Source: Dendrobates tinctorius (taxonomy: Eukaryota). Taken from it: a DNA stretch of 64,000 bases. Numbering within the stretch: position 1 is the first letter of the stretch; each line of letters starts with the position of its first letter. Location of the stretch: contig NW_027361910.1 of the NCBI RefSeq assembly GCF_039654945.1, positions 1,550,001-1,614,000 on the forward strand, written 5' to 3'. Positions 13,016-25,444 of this stretch are shown piece by piece. Below the pieces are notes generated by a model, which did no database searches, was not told where the DNA came from, and worked only from the letters and a program-made list of their open reading frames with translations. The position numbers and the translations under genes were made by a program.

Positions 13016-16000
13016 TTAACCCCTTAGTTACATTGGACGTACTATTCCGTCCATGTGACCTGGGAGTTAAGTCCCATGGACGGAATAGTACGTCATACGC
13101 GATCAGCTGCGCTCATGGGGGGAGTGCAGCTGATCACGGCAGGGTGTCAGCTGATTATAACAGCTGACACCCGGCACTATGTGCCAGGAGTGGTCACGGA
13201 CTGCTCCCGACGCATTAACCCCAGGCACACTGTGATCAAACATGATTACAGTGTACCGGGGGCATAGGGAAGAATCGTGCAAGGAGGGGGCTCCATCCTG
13301 CAGGCCCCCGGATCCAATATAGCCGCAGGGGCTTTTGAGGTCCTGCAGGGAGGCAGCTTTCTCAGTGCCTGCTGAGAAGCCGCCTGCAGTGCCTGTCAGA
13401 TCGATAATCTGACACAGTGCACTGCAAAGTGTCAGATCAGCCATCTGACACTATGTAGTAATGTCCCCACCTGGAACAATATAATAAAGTTAAAAAAAAA
13501 TCATGTGTAAAAATAATTTTTTAAAAATTCCTAAATAAATAAATAAAAAAATTCCCTAATAAATTCTATTTTTTGTAAAAAAAACCCCAATAAAAGTACA
13601 CATATTTAGTATTGCTGCATCTGTAACAACCCGCCCTATAAAACTGTCCCACTAGTTAACCCTTTTAGTGAACCCTTTAAAAAAAAACAAGGTAAAGAAC
13701 AATGCTTTATCATCATACCGCCGAACAAAAAGTGCAATAACACGCGATTAAAAGACGGATATAAATAAAAATGGTACCGCTGAAAACGTCATCTTGTCCC
13801 GCAAAAAACGAGCTGCCATACAGTGTCATCAGCAAAAAAATAAAAAAGTTATAGCTCGCAGAATAAAGCGATGCAAAAATAATTATTTTTTTATATAAAA
13901 TTGTTTTTATTGTATAAAAGCGCCAAAACATAGAAAAATATATAAATGAGGTATAGCTGTAATCATACTGACCCAAAAAATAAAACCGCTTTATCAATTT
14001 AACCACACGCCAAATGGTGTAAGCGCCCTGTTATGATTGAGTCACCGTAGGAGGCAGACACAAAAATAGAAGCTACGTCCAGAAAACCAGAGAAGTTGGC
14101 AACTATCAGATTGCAGACCCCTGAACCTATCAACACAACTAGCAGTAGCCGTGGGGGGTTCCTACGATGCCTTAGACCCCTCGATCACAGCCAGAGTGCT
14201 ACATAGCCTAAAGACAGAAAAGGAAATCTAAACTGCCCCAGAGCTGACCCCAAAGTAAAAGGCAGCCCACAACATATAATGACGGTGAAGCAAGATGAAA
14301 AAACACTCACACAGATAGAAAGATAGGCTGAGCAAACGATGGGGCCCAAGCTAGCTAAACAGTACAGGAAAGGAAGGTTGCTGTCTGCAATCTGCCAAAA
14401 CCCTATCAAAGACATAAGGCAACAAGCTGATATGAAAAAGACCCTGAAGCAGCTAGGCTTCAAAAACTAAATCAGCACTCAGGTATTTTCAGAAGACAGA
14501 GCTAAAGAAATTCAGCACACCCCAGCAGGGAATGGCAGAAATCCAGAAAAACAAAGCAAAACAAAGTCTAAGCACAAATGCAAAAAGCCGAGCAGAAAAC
14601 ATAGCTTTAGAGGAGCAGGAATTCAGACTGGTCTCCAAGGATCCCACAGAGAAATCACCCACAGGGCAGAAGGGCGTTGGCAGCCTTATATCCAGTCAGT
14701 GACTCCACTCAGCTAGTCATCATCATCAGACTCAGGTGTTTGATAATCAGGCTCACTACCTTTCTTTACCAGAAGAGGGAGTTCCTTGGGCCTCAGTACT
14801 GAAGGGGAAAATGAACTCACAACAGCGCCCCCCCAAAAGAAATTCATTAAACGCTGGTTTTTGTTCATTCTGCGTCCCAAAAATCGGAATAAAAAGCATT
14901 CAAAAAATGTCACGTGCCCGAAAATGGTACCAATAAAAACGTTAACTCATCCCTCAAAAAATAAGATCTCACATAACTCTGTGGGTCAAAATACGGAAAA
15001 ATTATGGCTCTCAAAATGTGGTGATGCAAAAACTATTTTTTGCAATAACAAGCTTTTTTTAGCGTGTGATAGCGGCCAAACATAAAAACCCGCTATAAAT
15101 AGTAAATCAAACCCCCTTTATCACCCCCTTAGTTAGGGAAAAATAATTAAAATAAAAAAATGTATTTCATTTTCCCATTAGGGTTAGGGCTAGGGTTAGG
15201 GGTGTGTTGGGGTTAGGGTTTGAGTTAGAATTGGGGGGTTTCCACTGTTCAGGGACATGACCTCTGATCTCAAGTCCAACCAATTCTGCATTGAAAAAGT
15301 CAAACAGTGCACCTTCCCTTCCAAGCTCTGCCATGCGCCCAAACAGTAGTTTACCCCCACATATGGGGTATCAGCCTACTCAGGACAAATTGAACAACAA
15401 CTTTTGGAGTCCAATTTCTCTTGTTACTCTTGGAAAATAAAAAAATTGGGGGCAAAAATGTCATTTTTTTGGAAAAAAAATATGATTTTTTTTATTTTTA
15501 TCGCTCTACGTTTTAAACTTCTGTGAAGCACTTGTGGGTACAAAGTGCTCACCACACATCTAGCTAACTTCCTTGGGGTTCTAGTTTCCAAAATGGGGTC
15601 ACTTGTGGGGGGTTTCCACTGTTTAGGCACATCAGGAGCTCTCCAAATGCGACATGAAACCCGCAGACCATTCCATCAAAATCTGCATTCCAAAACGTCA
15701 CTACTTCCATTCCGAGCCCCAACGTGTGCCCATACAGTAGTTTTCTCCCACATATGGGGTATCAGCGTACTCAGGACAAATTGGACAACAACTTTTGGGG
15801 TCCAATTTCTCCTGTTACCCTTGGGATAAAAAAATTGGGACTTAAAGATCATGTTTGTGGAAAAAATATGATTTTTTATTTTCACTCCCGGGAGTTATAA
15901 ACTTCTGTGAAGCACTCGGGGGGTTCAAAGTGCTCACCACACATCTAGATAAGTTCCTTCGGGGGTCTAGTTTTCAAAATGGCATCACTTGAGGGGGATT

Positions 16001-16165
16001 TCTACTGTTTAGGCACATTGGGGTCTCTCCAAACGCGACATGGTATCCAATCTCAATTCCAGCCAATTTTGCATTGAAAAAGTCAAACAGCGCTCCTTCC
16101 CTTCCAAGCTCTGCCATGAGCCCAAACAGTGGTTTACCCCTACATATGGGGTATCAGCGTACTAA
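13016..16165. mobile_element. piggyBac-like (TTAA-CCC) non-autonomous element, one end, with internal ~380-bp tandem units
   Basis: Starts TTAACCCCTTAG. ~380-bp units begin near 15235, 15610 and 15995. Short TTAGGG-like run at 15178-15230. A matching-type end (AAGGGGTTAA) occurs separately at 50541-50550. Confidence 0.55.
14029..14824. mobile_element. Solo LTR inserted in the piggyBac-like element
   Basis: TGTTATGA...TCACAACA termini; GCGCCC on both flanks. Confidence 0.65.
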
Positions 16166-18470
16166 ATCTGGTTTAACAAATAATTTATTGTTTTTAAGTA
16201 TGTGTAAGACCTGCCTGACATGTACCTGATGTGACTCGAGGTCAGTCGAATAAATCAATATGTCATCAAGATAAACCACCACAAATCTACCTGCCAGGTG
16301 ACAAAAAATGTAATTTACAAAGTGTTGAAAGACGGCGGATGCATTCGTCAACCCGAATGGCATGAAAAGGTTTTTACATTGTCCTTCAGGTGCATTAAAG
16401 GTTGTCTTCCACTTATCCCCCTCAATTTGAAAGAGATTATATGCAACCCCTGAGGCCCACTTTAGAAAACTATTTAACCCTGATGATCTGGTAAAAGAGG
16501 TCCAGATTGAGAGGGAGAGGATATGGATCCCAGACCGTGATCTGATTAAGTTTGCGGAAATCTAGGCAGGGGCATAAAGGGGCCCTTTACACATAGCGAT
16601 ATCGCTAAAGCGTCACCGATTTTGTGACGCAGCTGCGATATCGCTAGCAATATCGCTATGTGTGATACTTACCTCCGACCGGCTCCCCTGCTGTCTGTCG
16701 CTGATCACGCGAGATTGTGCAGCTCCATTTCTCATCGGGCGCTTCCTGCTGGGCTTCCTGCTGGCGCAGACGAGCGACGCGTGGACGCGGGCGGGAGGAC
16801 GTCAGGATCGCCGCGTCTGAAAGGTAAGTAACGACCGCTGCTGCATCGCTACATCGCTGTGAGATCTGCCTGTGTGGCAGCTCACTAGCGACCATTTAGC
16901 GATGCACCAGCGATCCTGACTGGGTCATATCGTTGTCGGGATCGCTGGTGCATCGCTAAATGTAAAGGGGCCTTAACCCACCCATCTTTTTTCTTAACAA
17001 AGAAAAAGCCCGCTGCAATAAAAGATTAGGAAGGTTTGATATGACCCTTTGCCAGACTTTTGGCGATATAGTCCTACATGCCCTGCCTCTCTGGTCCAGA
17101 AATATTATATAACCTGCTCTCAGGCAGCTTGGCCCCAGTAATAAGACTAATGGTGCAATCAGAAGGATGATGAGTAGGGAGTTCTTGACATTCCTGTTCT
17201 GAAAAAACATCCCCGAAATCAGGCAGGTATTCTGGTAGAGATCAGGTATCAACTCTGGCTAACTGGACGCTCAAGCAGTGACCTTGAGTCTGCCAGTTCA
17301 CTATGGGAATATGCAACATCAGCCATGGTAGTCCAAGAACCACAGGAGAGGGTAAGACCTTTAGCACATAACAATTGATTAATTCCAAGTGCATGGCTCC
17401 TACTTGTAGATGTATCCCTTTGACGACCTGAGTAAAATACCCCTGGCTAAAGTGTGCTGAGTCAACGGCAATTATGGGTATAGGTCTGAACAGTTTATGT
17501 GGCTGAACTTGGTCCAGGACAAACCTGGTGTCAATCAGATTAAACCCCACCCCACTGTCCAGAAAAGCTGAAAAAAAAACTGACTTTTGCCAAAATGGAT
17601 CTCGGCTGATAAAAAAATTGTGACCTACCCACTGAGGAAATATGTACACCCGGGTTGCTAAACTTACCACAACCCAGGCTCCCAAGTTTTCCATTGGCTG
17701 TTTTCGGTTAGGTATGGAAGCAAAAGTACCCGCAAAATGATTCTTCCCACCACAGAAAAAATACCCCTTCATGCCGAACTACAGAAGAATAAGTAAAACG
17801 AGTTATTCCCCCTTAACTGCATGGGTTCCTCTGCCCCAGGTTCCCTTGACCCCAGGTCACAAAAAAGGTTGAGTGTCTCTTTATGTTTCTGATGAAGACG
17901 GCAGTACACATGAATAGCCAAAGACATGGCCGCCTCCAGAGAAACTGAGGTCTCATACAGAAAAAAGGCATCCTTTACCCTCACAGAAAGCCCCCTGACA
18001 GAACTAACTACAAAGTGCAGAGTCATTCAACTTAGTATCTGTGGACCACCTACAGAATGCAGAAATATTCCTCCCTGCTGGATCTGACGTAGAGTAGATT
18101 TGGCTAGAGAGACACAATCAAGGTCGTCGTGTATATGACCCAGAGCAAGAAAAAATTCCTCAACCGTCTGAATCAACTGAGAGTCAGTTAGGAGAGGAAA
18201 TGCCCTAGCTTGGTGGTCACCCTGGAGGAGAGAAATTACGATCCCCTCCCATTGCTCCTTGGTACCTGTGGAATAAGTATGTAATTTAAAATAGCGTTTA
18301 CAGGCCTCTGTGAAAACAACAAACTTATCACGAGAGCGATCTTGAGCTTCTCCAGGGATTACCTGACAACCACAGGCACTAAACCTGAGGTGTATAGGTG
18401 CTGCTAAACAATGGTGAGTAAGTCTGCAACCTCCAGGCTGAGTTGCTACAGTTGCCATCAGAGCAGTGTT
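16165..18470 (-). mobile_element. Degenerate Gypsy/Ty3 internal region (gag, protease, RT fragments)
   Basis: RT MPFGLTNA...VVVYLDDILIYS; protease FLDSG...VVLGLPWL; gag-like ISLLQGD..RA; eroded zinc knuckle FFCGGKNHFA; many frameshifts. Confidence 0.9.
16578..16973. mobile_element. Harbinger-type MITE inserted in the Gypsy RT
   Basis: TIRs AGGGGCCCTTTACACATAGCGA / TCGCTAAATGTAAAGGGGCCT, TAA TSD, many AGCGAT/ATCGCT motifs. Confidence 0.75.
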
Positions 18471-18834
18471 AATGTCACAATGGTGTTGGGACTATGGGAG
18501 CTAACCAGATCCCTAGAATCCCTGTCCCCCAGATTACTCCTGAAGGTGGACACGCCACATTCACATGCCTTTTTATGCTCCTATATCAACCCTGATCTGT
18601 CCTTTCCCCCACCCAGCATAGTGGGAAGTAGAAATGTATAAGAACACACTATCCAAACAAACAAGAGAAGATGGACAGGGATAAATAAAAATACTAATAT
18701 GTAGAAAAGGGATATACAGCACTCGTAGTGAGTGATTCTGGTGCCTAGGTAGGGTTTCATTCTGTAATCCAATATTAGTAATAAACCTGGCACTCGGGAT
18801 AGTTTGAATGTATAACAGATTTATTGTCAATCCA

Positions 18835-18875
18835 CAATTTAACATTTCGGTCTGCTTAGACCTTCATCAGAACTG
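18835..18875 (-). ncRNA. Minimal type I hammerhead ribozyme motif
   Basis: Minus strand reads CAGTT-CTGATGA-A-GGTCT-AAGC-AGACC-GAAA-TGTT-A-AATTG. Canonical core, 5-bp stem II; stem III is probably CpG-decayed from AACGTT. Confidence 0.75.
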
Positions 18876-20094
18876 TTTGAAGTATACAAAAACAATAATT
18901 AATGACAAGATAACATAAAATAAAATGTAAAAAAAACAAAATAATAAATAGATGTGCCATTTGTGACAAGATTAACAATGCAAGATACAGCTAAATGTAT
19001 CAAAGTAATTTTTCAAAAGTATGAGCAATACACCCTTCAAAAGTACACATTATAAAAAAGAGTTCAGACAGGTCAAAATGCTTATCATAAGGGATCTGGA
19101 GTGAGGTCCCAAAAGACTATATCGCAATGGACGACTGTCCAAAAAGAGAAAGAATTAGCAAAAATTATAATACTGTCAATAATTGAGGCATCCAAACTAA
19201 ATGTGGAAGCTACATGAAGGAATCATAAAGTACCAAAAAAATCCCCTGTTAATGGGAAATAAGTAATAGCATAACTCAGAAAACAGTATATATCAACAAA
19301 GAGCCATATCTCAACTATTAAGTGAAAATTAAGGACCAAAAGAGTTTTAGCATAAAAAATAAATTTTATTGCATAATAATTAAAAACAACAGCAGAGCAA
19401 CAATGCTAAAACAGGCAGTGGTAGACATAAATGGTAGATGATATCTAGAAAAGAATCCAAGTGGAAAGGGCATTACTCCCTCAAAGTACTCAATGATAAA
19501 TCACATCCATGTAGTGTAAATATAATCTAGAGTGCCTTATTCATGAATCTGCCATATTTTATATAGTAGAGGTAATAGAGAGTATATCTTTTGCCAAAGA
19601 ATTTATTTTAATAAATTCACTAGAATGTTAATTCTCAGCTGAGAAAAAAATGGGACCAATATAGTGTAATGTACATGACGCCGTGAGCAGTAACCACCAC
19701 ACGGAGAATAGATTAAATAGGTTACAAAAAGCTGCACCAAACATATGAGCTCACATAAAGTGGCAAAAGTTACAAATAAATACAAGTAATTGCCACAATG
19801 TGAGCCGGCATATTCACGAAGAGCAACATAAATAAACAGTTAGTTGCTCAGCAGAATAAACCACATATTAATGTGAATAAAACTGGGTGCAAATTGAAAA
19901 GAAAATGCAAATAATAACCTCAGCAAATATTGGCGCAGATAAGCCCATACAAATGACCAAACTAAGGCCAAAGCAAAGTATTCTCTACTAGGCAGAGAAA
20001 AAAAGACCTATTCATGCAAGTTGAACCGGATAACAATTGAAAAATAGAGTAACGTAACACTTACATGAAGTGACTATGTGCTGCCACTGCCTGC

Positions 20095-20134
20095 CGCCTC
20101 TACGCGCGTTGCGCCTTGGCTTCCTCAGGAGGCG
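20095..20134 (-). ncRNA. Hammerhead ribozyme motif (GCAA core variant), left 3' pLTR
   Basis: Identical to 25375-25414 in reverse complement. Confidence 0.75.
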
Positions 20135-21008
20135 TAACTCACACTAGCCCCGGAATTGATATATATAGGGTCAATAGGCAATAAACCACATCGCGCAACA
20201 GGTGTCATCCCGATTGAGCACATGCGCAATGCCAGACCACAAGACTCCCCATTCAGAAGTCTGAAAGTAAGTGACGCATGCGCTGATGTATCCCGACTCA
20301 GTAAATCAGAGATCCTCCTTCAGCGCTCATAGGGAGCAAATGGATACCGCTGCATAAGCAGCAGAACACCACAAGCGCACCTGGTGAGCGTGTCAGGAGA
20401 TCTCAAGTAGGGAAAATCCTGGGCATGCGTACCAATCAGACAAAAAAACAAAAGAAAAAGATATGATCAAAATGTGAGCAACATTTGTAAAAATATTACT
20501 GAAAAAATGATAAAGTGTATGGAATAAAAACAAAAAATTGGATACTAGTGCCAAATGGATTATGCAGAAAATGAGACAAGTGATTTGGTGAATAAAATAC
20601 AGAAAATAATATCTATAATATCCCCAATAATCAATCCCAAAATAATGGGGACAAAAAGATGCTACCTAACAATAATGATAGTGATAAATAAGTACCAAAT
20701 AAATTGTACAGAATATGTAACTAACAGTATTGGTGAACAATAATAAAATACATAGAATATAATAATATTAATAATATCCCCAATGTTCATTCACTCAATC
20801 AATGAGGACAAATATCCCAAAGTCTTCTTCTTTGTGAGTGAGATACGCTTCATTTTCTGTGTAATAAACAAGATCCACAACCAAGAGCAGACTGAATGAG
20901 GTAAATCGAATGGAATGGAAACTAAAAATAATAAGAATAAAAAAAATATTAAAAACCGAAGCAAAAAATAAAAACCATGTATACACAATATGAGAAATTT
21001 TATTTATA

Positions 21009-24000
21009 TTATAAAAAGGATCCAAAACCATTATTCTCATTTAAACCCACTGGTATCATCGTGTTAAGCCTATAGATCCATCTGCTTTCTACCTGTGAAA
21101 GAGTTTGAAATAAATTTCCACCCCTCGTACCCAACGATACCTGATCAATTGCAAAAACACGAAGATCATCAGCACGAGAATGATGAAATGCACGAAAATG
21201 CCTCGGTAATGTCTTCAATTGGTCCAGATCCTTAGCCTCCTTAGATTTTTCGATATCTCGAACATGCTCGCGAATTCTAATTCTAAGCTCTCTTGTAGTC
21301 ATTCCTATGTAAATCTTTTTGCAAGAACAACTTGCATAATATATCACACCCTTAGATGAACAGGTAAGGCATTTTCTGATTGAAAAGGTCTTGGAATGAT
21401 CTGAATTTTGAAATGTATTCATTTTAAGTGTATTAGAACATGCTTTACAAGTTCGACAAGGGTAAAATCCTTGGAGTTCACCAAAAATACCCTTTTGTAC
21501 TTTTTCGTTGGAGGTTAGATGACTCCTTACAAGTAGATCAGAAAGATTTTTAGATCTTTTGGCTGTAATACAAGGTCTAGATGGCAATGTCTTTTTCAAA
21601 ATAGGATCTATTTGTAACACATGCCAGTGTTTATTGATTATACCAGTAAAGTTATCCCATTGATCATTAAACGGGGTAATTAGACGAACTTGATTATTAT
21701 CCCTAGGTTTGGAATTTCTCTTGTATAGCAATTGATCCCTAGGGATTTCTTGTACTCTATTATAAGCTCTACGAATTTGCCTATGACCATATCCTCTTTC
21801 TCTAAATCTGGAATATAAATCTGCAGCTTGATTTTGGTATGTCTTTTCCGAAGAGCAAATCCTCTTTGCTCGCAAAAACTGCCCCACTGGAATTGAGCGT
21901 ATAGTGGATTTTAGATGAGAGGACTTAGCGTGTAGAATTGAATTAGTGGCCGTAGGTTTTCTATATATATCAGTCGATACAGATCCATCATCATTGACTG
22001 AAATATCGATGTCCAAAAAACTAACTCTCTTCCCATAGGAATAAGTGAGTTTTATGTTCAGATCGTTATCATTCAATGCAGACATGAATGTTTTTAATTC
22101 ATCCAACGGGCCCTCCCATACAAACATCACATCATCTATGTATCTCATCCAATTGTGGGCCTTTTCAATATTGGTAACAGGAGAACACTGAAAGATTTCC
22201 CTCTCCCAAAAACCCAAAAATAAATTGGCATAAGCCGGAGCACAAGCCGCCCCCATGGCTGTACCTTGAGTTTGCAAAAATACTTGTTCTTTAAATAAAA
22301 AACAGTTGTGCGTCAGAATAAATTCTAACAGAATAATTATAAGGGCTGCCAAAAGGGGGTCCAAATTACTATTTCTCAAAAACCAGGAGGTAGCTCTAAG
22401 TCCCTGGTCATGGCGAATGGAGGTGTATAACGCCTCCACATCAGCCGTGACAAGGATCATATCATCTCCCAGATGTAGCTGGTCTAACCTCCGTAGAGCC
22501 GCAGTTGTATCAAGAATATGGGAGGGTAGAGTGGTCACCAAGGGCTTCAGATAGTAATCTACTATCTGACATATCAGTTCACTAAGTCCTTCCTTTCCGG
22601 ACACGATAGGACGGCCGGGCGGATCCTCAATGTTCTTATGTATTTTTGGGATTAAATATAAAGTGGGCAGTTTAGGTTTTAAAGATTCAACAAATTCCAA
22701 AAGTGATTTGGGGATAATACCCTTCTCATGTGCCTCTAACAGAATATCATTTAGTTCTTTATGATATGCAGGAAGAGGACTGAAAGTCAATTTTTTATAG
22801 CAATTAGTGTCCGATAATAATTTATGAGCCTGTTTTTCATAAAGGTCACGTGGCCAAAGAACAAGATTGCCACCTTTATCGGCTCTTTTAAAGATTACAT
22901 CTTTCCAACCTTGCATTTCCATAATTGCTTTTTTATCACTCATAAAAGTTGGATTAAAGCGATAGTTTTTCTTAAGTTCCTCTATATCATGAGTGACCAA
23001 TCTCACAAAAGTCTCAACTGCCGAGCATGTGTTAAGGTTAGGAAATTTTTTTGATTTATTAAACAAGGAAACGGGAAAAGAACTCACCGCTTCCATAGGG
23101 TTGCTCTCCTCTGCTAAGGATTCTAAAATTTCCAGAGCAGCTTTCTCTTCCTCAGAATTGAGTGACAATCCCATAGTACTTTTCTCATGGAATCTCTTTA
23201 GTATCAGTTTTCTCGCGAACAGGTGAACATCTTTTATGACCGTGAAGGAATCTAATTGTTGAGATGGAGAAAAGGATAAACCTTTTTCTAACAATTCTAC
23301 CTGTTCATTAGATAAAATATGCGAGGATAGATTAATTACCTTAGGTTTATCATTTCTCCTGGTACCAGAGTTAGATTGATATCTTGCACTTCCTCTGCCC
23401 CTACCACCATATCTTGTTTTAATACGTCTGGGAGTATAATATTCCCTTTCGTGAGTTGAAGTGGTATTACTGGATATAGAAGACACCGAAGACACAGATG
23501 AACTTCTTATCTCTGATTGTTTCTGATCTTCTACTGAAATTCTATTTTGCCAACGAAAGACTTTTTTCTGATCATAATCCATCACATCACGTTGATATTT
23601 TTTCATTTTATTTTTACTGATCTGTTGTTCCCATTTCTCCATATCATGATTGAGATCCTGAAAGAAATTTTCCAGGGCCTCTTTTGACAATTTGGCTACC
23701 AACTCTTCTTGTAATTTGTTCAGCTCAATATCCAATTCTTCCAAAATAGAAGCATTTTTGATATTGATGATCTCCATAAAAGACATAGAGCATGCTGAGG
23801 AAACACTTTCCCATTTAGATATTAACTCAGTATCATCCAGACTAAAGGTTGGATAGAGTTGTATCCGCAGGCCACGTGGAATGATTTTTTGTTTAATATA
23901 ATTATCTAGGGATGTTTTAGTCCACCAAATCCTAGTTTTTTTATTAACCAAGTTTTTATATTTCATCATTAATCCTTTATCATCATATTGGGTATGATTA

Positions 24001-24080
24001 AAATTAGCAATTGAGCTCTGTTTGAATAAATCCAATGCTTTATCCTGCCAGACCTTTTCCCTGGCTTTGAAATCCATCAT
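21009..24080 (-). CDS. PLE reverse transcriptase / GIY-YIG endonuclease, 1023 aa (Neptune-type)
   Basis: ADKGG, PKIHK, GRPIVS, DVEALYTSI, GTAMG, YIDD, FLD; Cys linker CRTCKAC; GVIY...IYIGMT; REH; no stops. Confidence 0.97.
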   Translation of the reverse strand: MMDFKAREKVWQDKALDLFKQSSIANFNHTQYDDKGLMMKYKNLVNKKTRIWWTKTSLDNYIKQKIIPRGLRIQLYPTFSLDDTELISKWESVSSACSMSFMEIINIKNASILEELDIELNKLQEELVAKLSKEALENFFQDLNHDMEKWEQQISKNKMKKYQRDVMDYDQKKVFRWQNRISVEDQKQSEIRSSSVSSVSSISSNTTSTHEREYYTPRRIKTRYGGRGRGSARYQSNSGTRRNDKPKVINLSSHILSNEQVELLEKGLSFSPSQQLDSFTVIKDVHLFARKLILKRFHEKSTMGLSLNSEEEKAALEILESLAEESNPMEAVSSFPVSLFNKSKKFPNLNTCSAVETFVRLVTHDIEELKKNYRFNPTFMSDKKAIMEMQGWKDVIFKRADKGGNLVLWPRDLYEKQAHKLLSDTNCYKKLTFSPLPAYHKELNDILLEAHEKGIIPKSLLEFVESLKPKLPTLYLIPKIHKNIEDPPGRPIVSGKEGLSELICQIVDYYLKPLVTTLPSHILDTTAALRRLDQLHLGDDMILVTADVEALYTSIRHDQGLRATSWFLRNSNLDPLLAALIIILLEFILTHNCFLFKEQVFLQTQGTAMGAACAPAYANLFLGFWEREIFQCSPVTNIEKAHNWMRYIDDVMFVWEGPLDELKTFMSALNDNDLNIKLTYSYGKRVSFLDIDISVNDDGSVSTDIYRKPTATNSILHAKSSHLKSTIRSIPVGQFLRAKRICSSEKTYQNQAADLYSRFRERGYGHRQIRRAYNRVQEIPRDQLLYKRNSKPRDNNQVRLITPFNDQWDNFTGIINKHWHVLQIDPILKKTLPSRPCITAKRSKNLSDLLVRSHLTSNEKVQKGIFGELQGFYPCRTCKACSNTLKMNTFQNSDHSKTFSIRKCLTCSSKGVIYYASCSCKKIYIGMTTRELRIRIREHVRDIEKSKEAKDLDQLKTLPRHFRAFHHSRADDLRVFAIDQVSLGTRGGNLFQTLSQVESRWIYRLNTMIPVGLNENNGFGSFL

Positions 24081-24984
24081 AGGGAATTAAACTGTGGTAA
24101 AACAGAAAATATACATTAAGTACCAAAAAAATCCCCTGTTAATGGGAAATAAGTAATAGCATAACTCAGAAAACAGTATATATCAACAAAGAGCCATATC
24201 TCAACTATTAAGTGAAAATTAAGGACCAAAAGAGTTTTAGCATAAAAAATAAATTTTATTGCATAATAATTAAAAACAACAGCAGAGCAACAATGCTAAA
24301 ACAGGCAGTGGTAGACATAAATGGTAGATGATATCTAGAAAAGAATCCAAGTGGAAAGGGCATTACTCCCTCAAAGTACTCAATGATAAATCACATCCAT
24401 GTAGTGTAAATATAATCTAGAGTGCCTTATTCATGAATCTGCCATATTTTATATAGTAGAGGTAATAGAGAGTATATCTTTTGCCAAAGAATTTATTTTA
24501 ATAAATTCACTAGAATGTTAATTCTCAGCTGAGAAAAAAATGGGACCAATATAGTGTAATGTACATGACGCCGTGAGCAGTAACCACCACACGGAGAATA
24601 GATTAAATAGGTTACAAAAAGCTGCACCAAACATATGAGCTCACATAAAGTGGCAAAAGTTACAAATAAATACAAGTAATTGCCACAATGTGAGCCGGCA
24701 TATTCACGAAGAGCAACATAAATAAACAGTTAGTTGCTCAGCAGAATAAACCACATATTAATGTGAATAAAACTGGGTGCAAATTGAAAAGAAAATGCAA
24801 ATAATAACCTCAGCAAATATTGGCGCAGATAAGCCCATACAAATGACCAAACTAAGGCCAAAGCAAAGTATTCTCTACTAGGCAGAGAAAAAAAGACCTA
24901 TTCATGCAAGTTGAACCGGATAACAATTGAAAAATAGAGTAACGTAACACTTACATGAAGTGACTATGTGCTGCCACTGCCTGC

Positions 24985-25024
24985 CGCCTCTACGCGCGTT
25001 GCGCCTTGGCTTCCTCAGGAGGCG
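24985..25024 (-). ncRNA. Hammerhead ribozyme motif (GCAA core variant), left 5' pLTR
   Basis: Identical to 25375-25414 in reverse complement. Confidence 0.75.
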
Positions 25025-25340
25025 TAACTCACACTAGCCCCGGAATTGATATATATAGGGTCAATAGGCAATAAACCACATCGCGCAACAGGTGTCATCC
25101 CGATTGAGCACATGCGCAATGCCAGACCACAAGACTCCCCATTCAGAAGTCTGAAAGTAAGTGACGCATGCGCTCCCTATGAGCGCTGAAGGAGGATCTC
25201 TGATTTACTGAGTCGGGATACATCAGCGCATGCGTCACTTACTTTCAGACTTCTGAATGGGGAGTCTTGTGGTCTGGCATTGCGCATGTGCTCAATCGGG
25301 ATGACACCTGTTGCGCGATGTGGTTTATTGCCTATTGACC

Positions 25341-25350
25341 CTATATATAT
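25341..25350 (+). promoter_or_regulatory. Candidate TATA box of the PLE pLTR promoter
   Basis: CTATATATAT ~25 nt upstream of the hammerhead. An analogous CCTATTTAAGG lies upstream of the 7894-7934 hammerhead. Confidence 0.5.
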
Positions 25351-25374
25351 CAATTCCGGGGCTAGTGTGAGTTA

Positions 25375-25414
25375 CGCCTCCTGAGGAAGCCAAGGCGCAA
25401 CGCGCGTAGAGGCG
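25375..25414 (+). ncRNA. Minimal type I hammerhead ribozyme motif (GCAA core variant), right 5' pLTR
   Basis: CGCCTC-CTGAGGA-A-GCC-AA-GGC-GCAA-CGCGCG-TA-GAGGCG: perfect 6-bp stem I, 3-bp stem II, palindromic stem III. Confidence 0.8.
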
Positions 25415-25444
25415 GCAGGCAGTGGCAGCACATAGTCACTTCAT

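Larger units (their letters stand above)
19228..25174 (-). mobile_element. Full-length Penelope-like element, left arm (pLTRs ~24118-25174 and ~19228-20284, period 4890 bp)
   Basis: Intact RT+GIY-YIG ORF between direct repeats; mirror image of 25225-31109. Confidence 0.97.
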
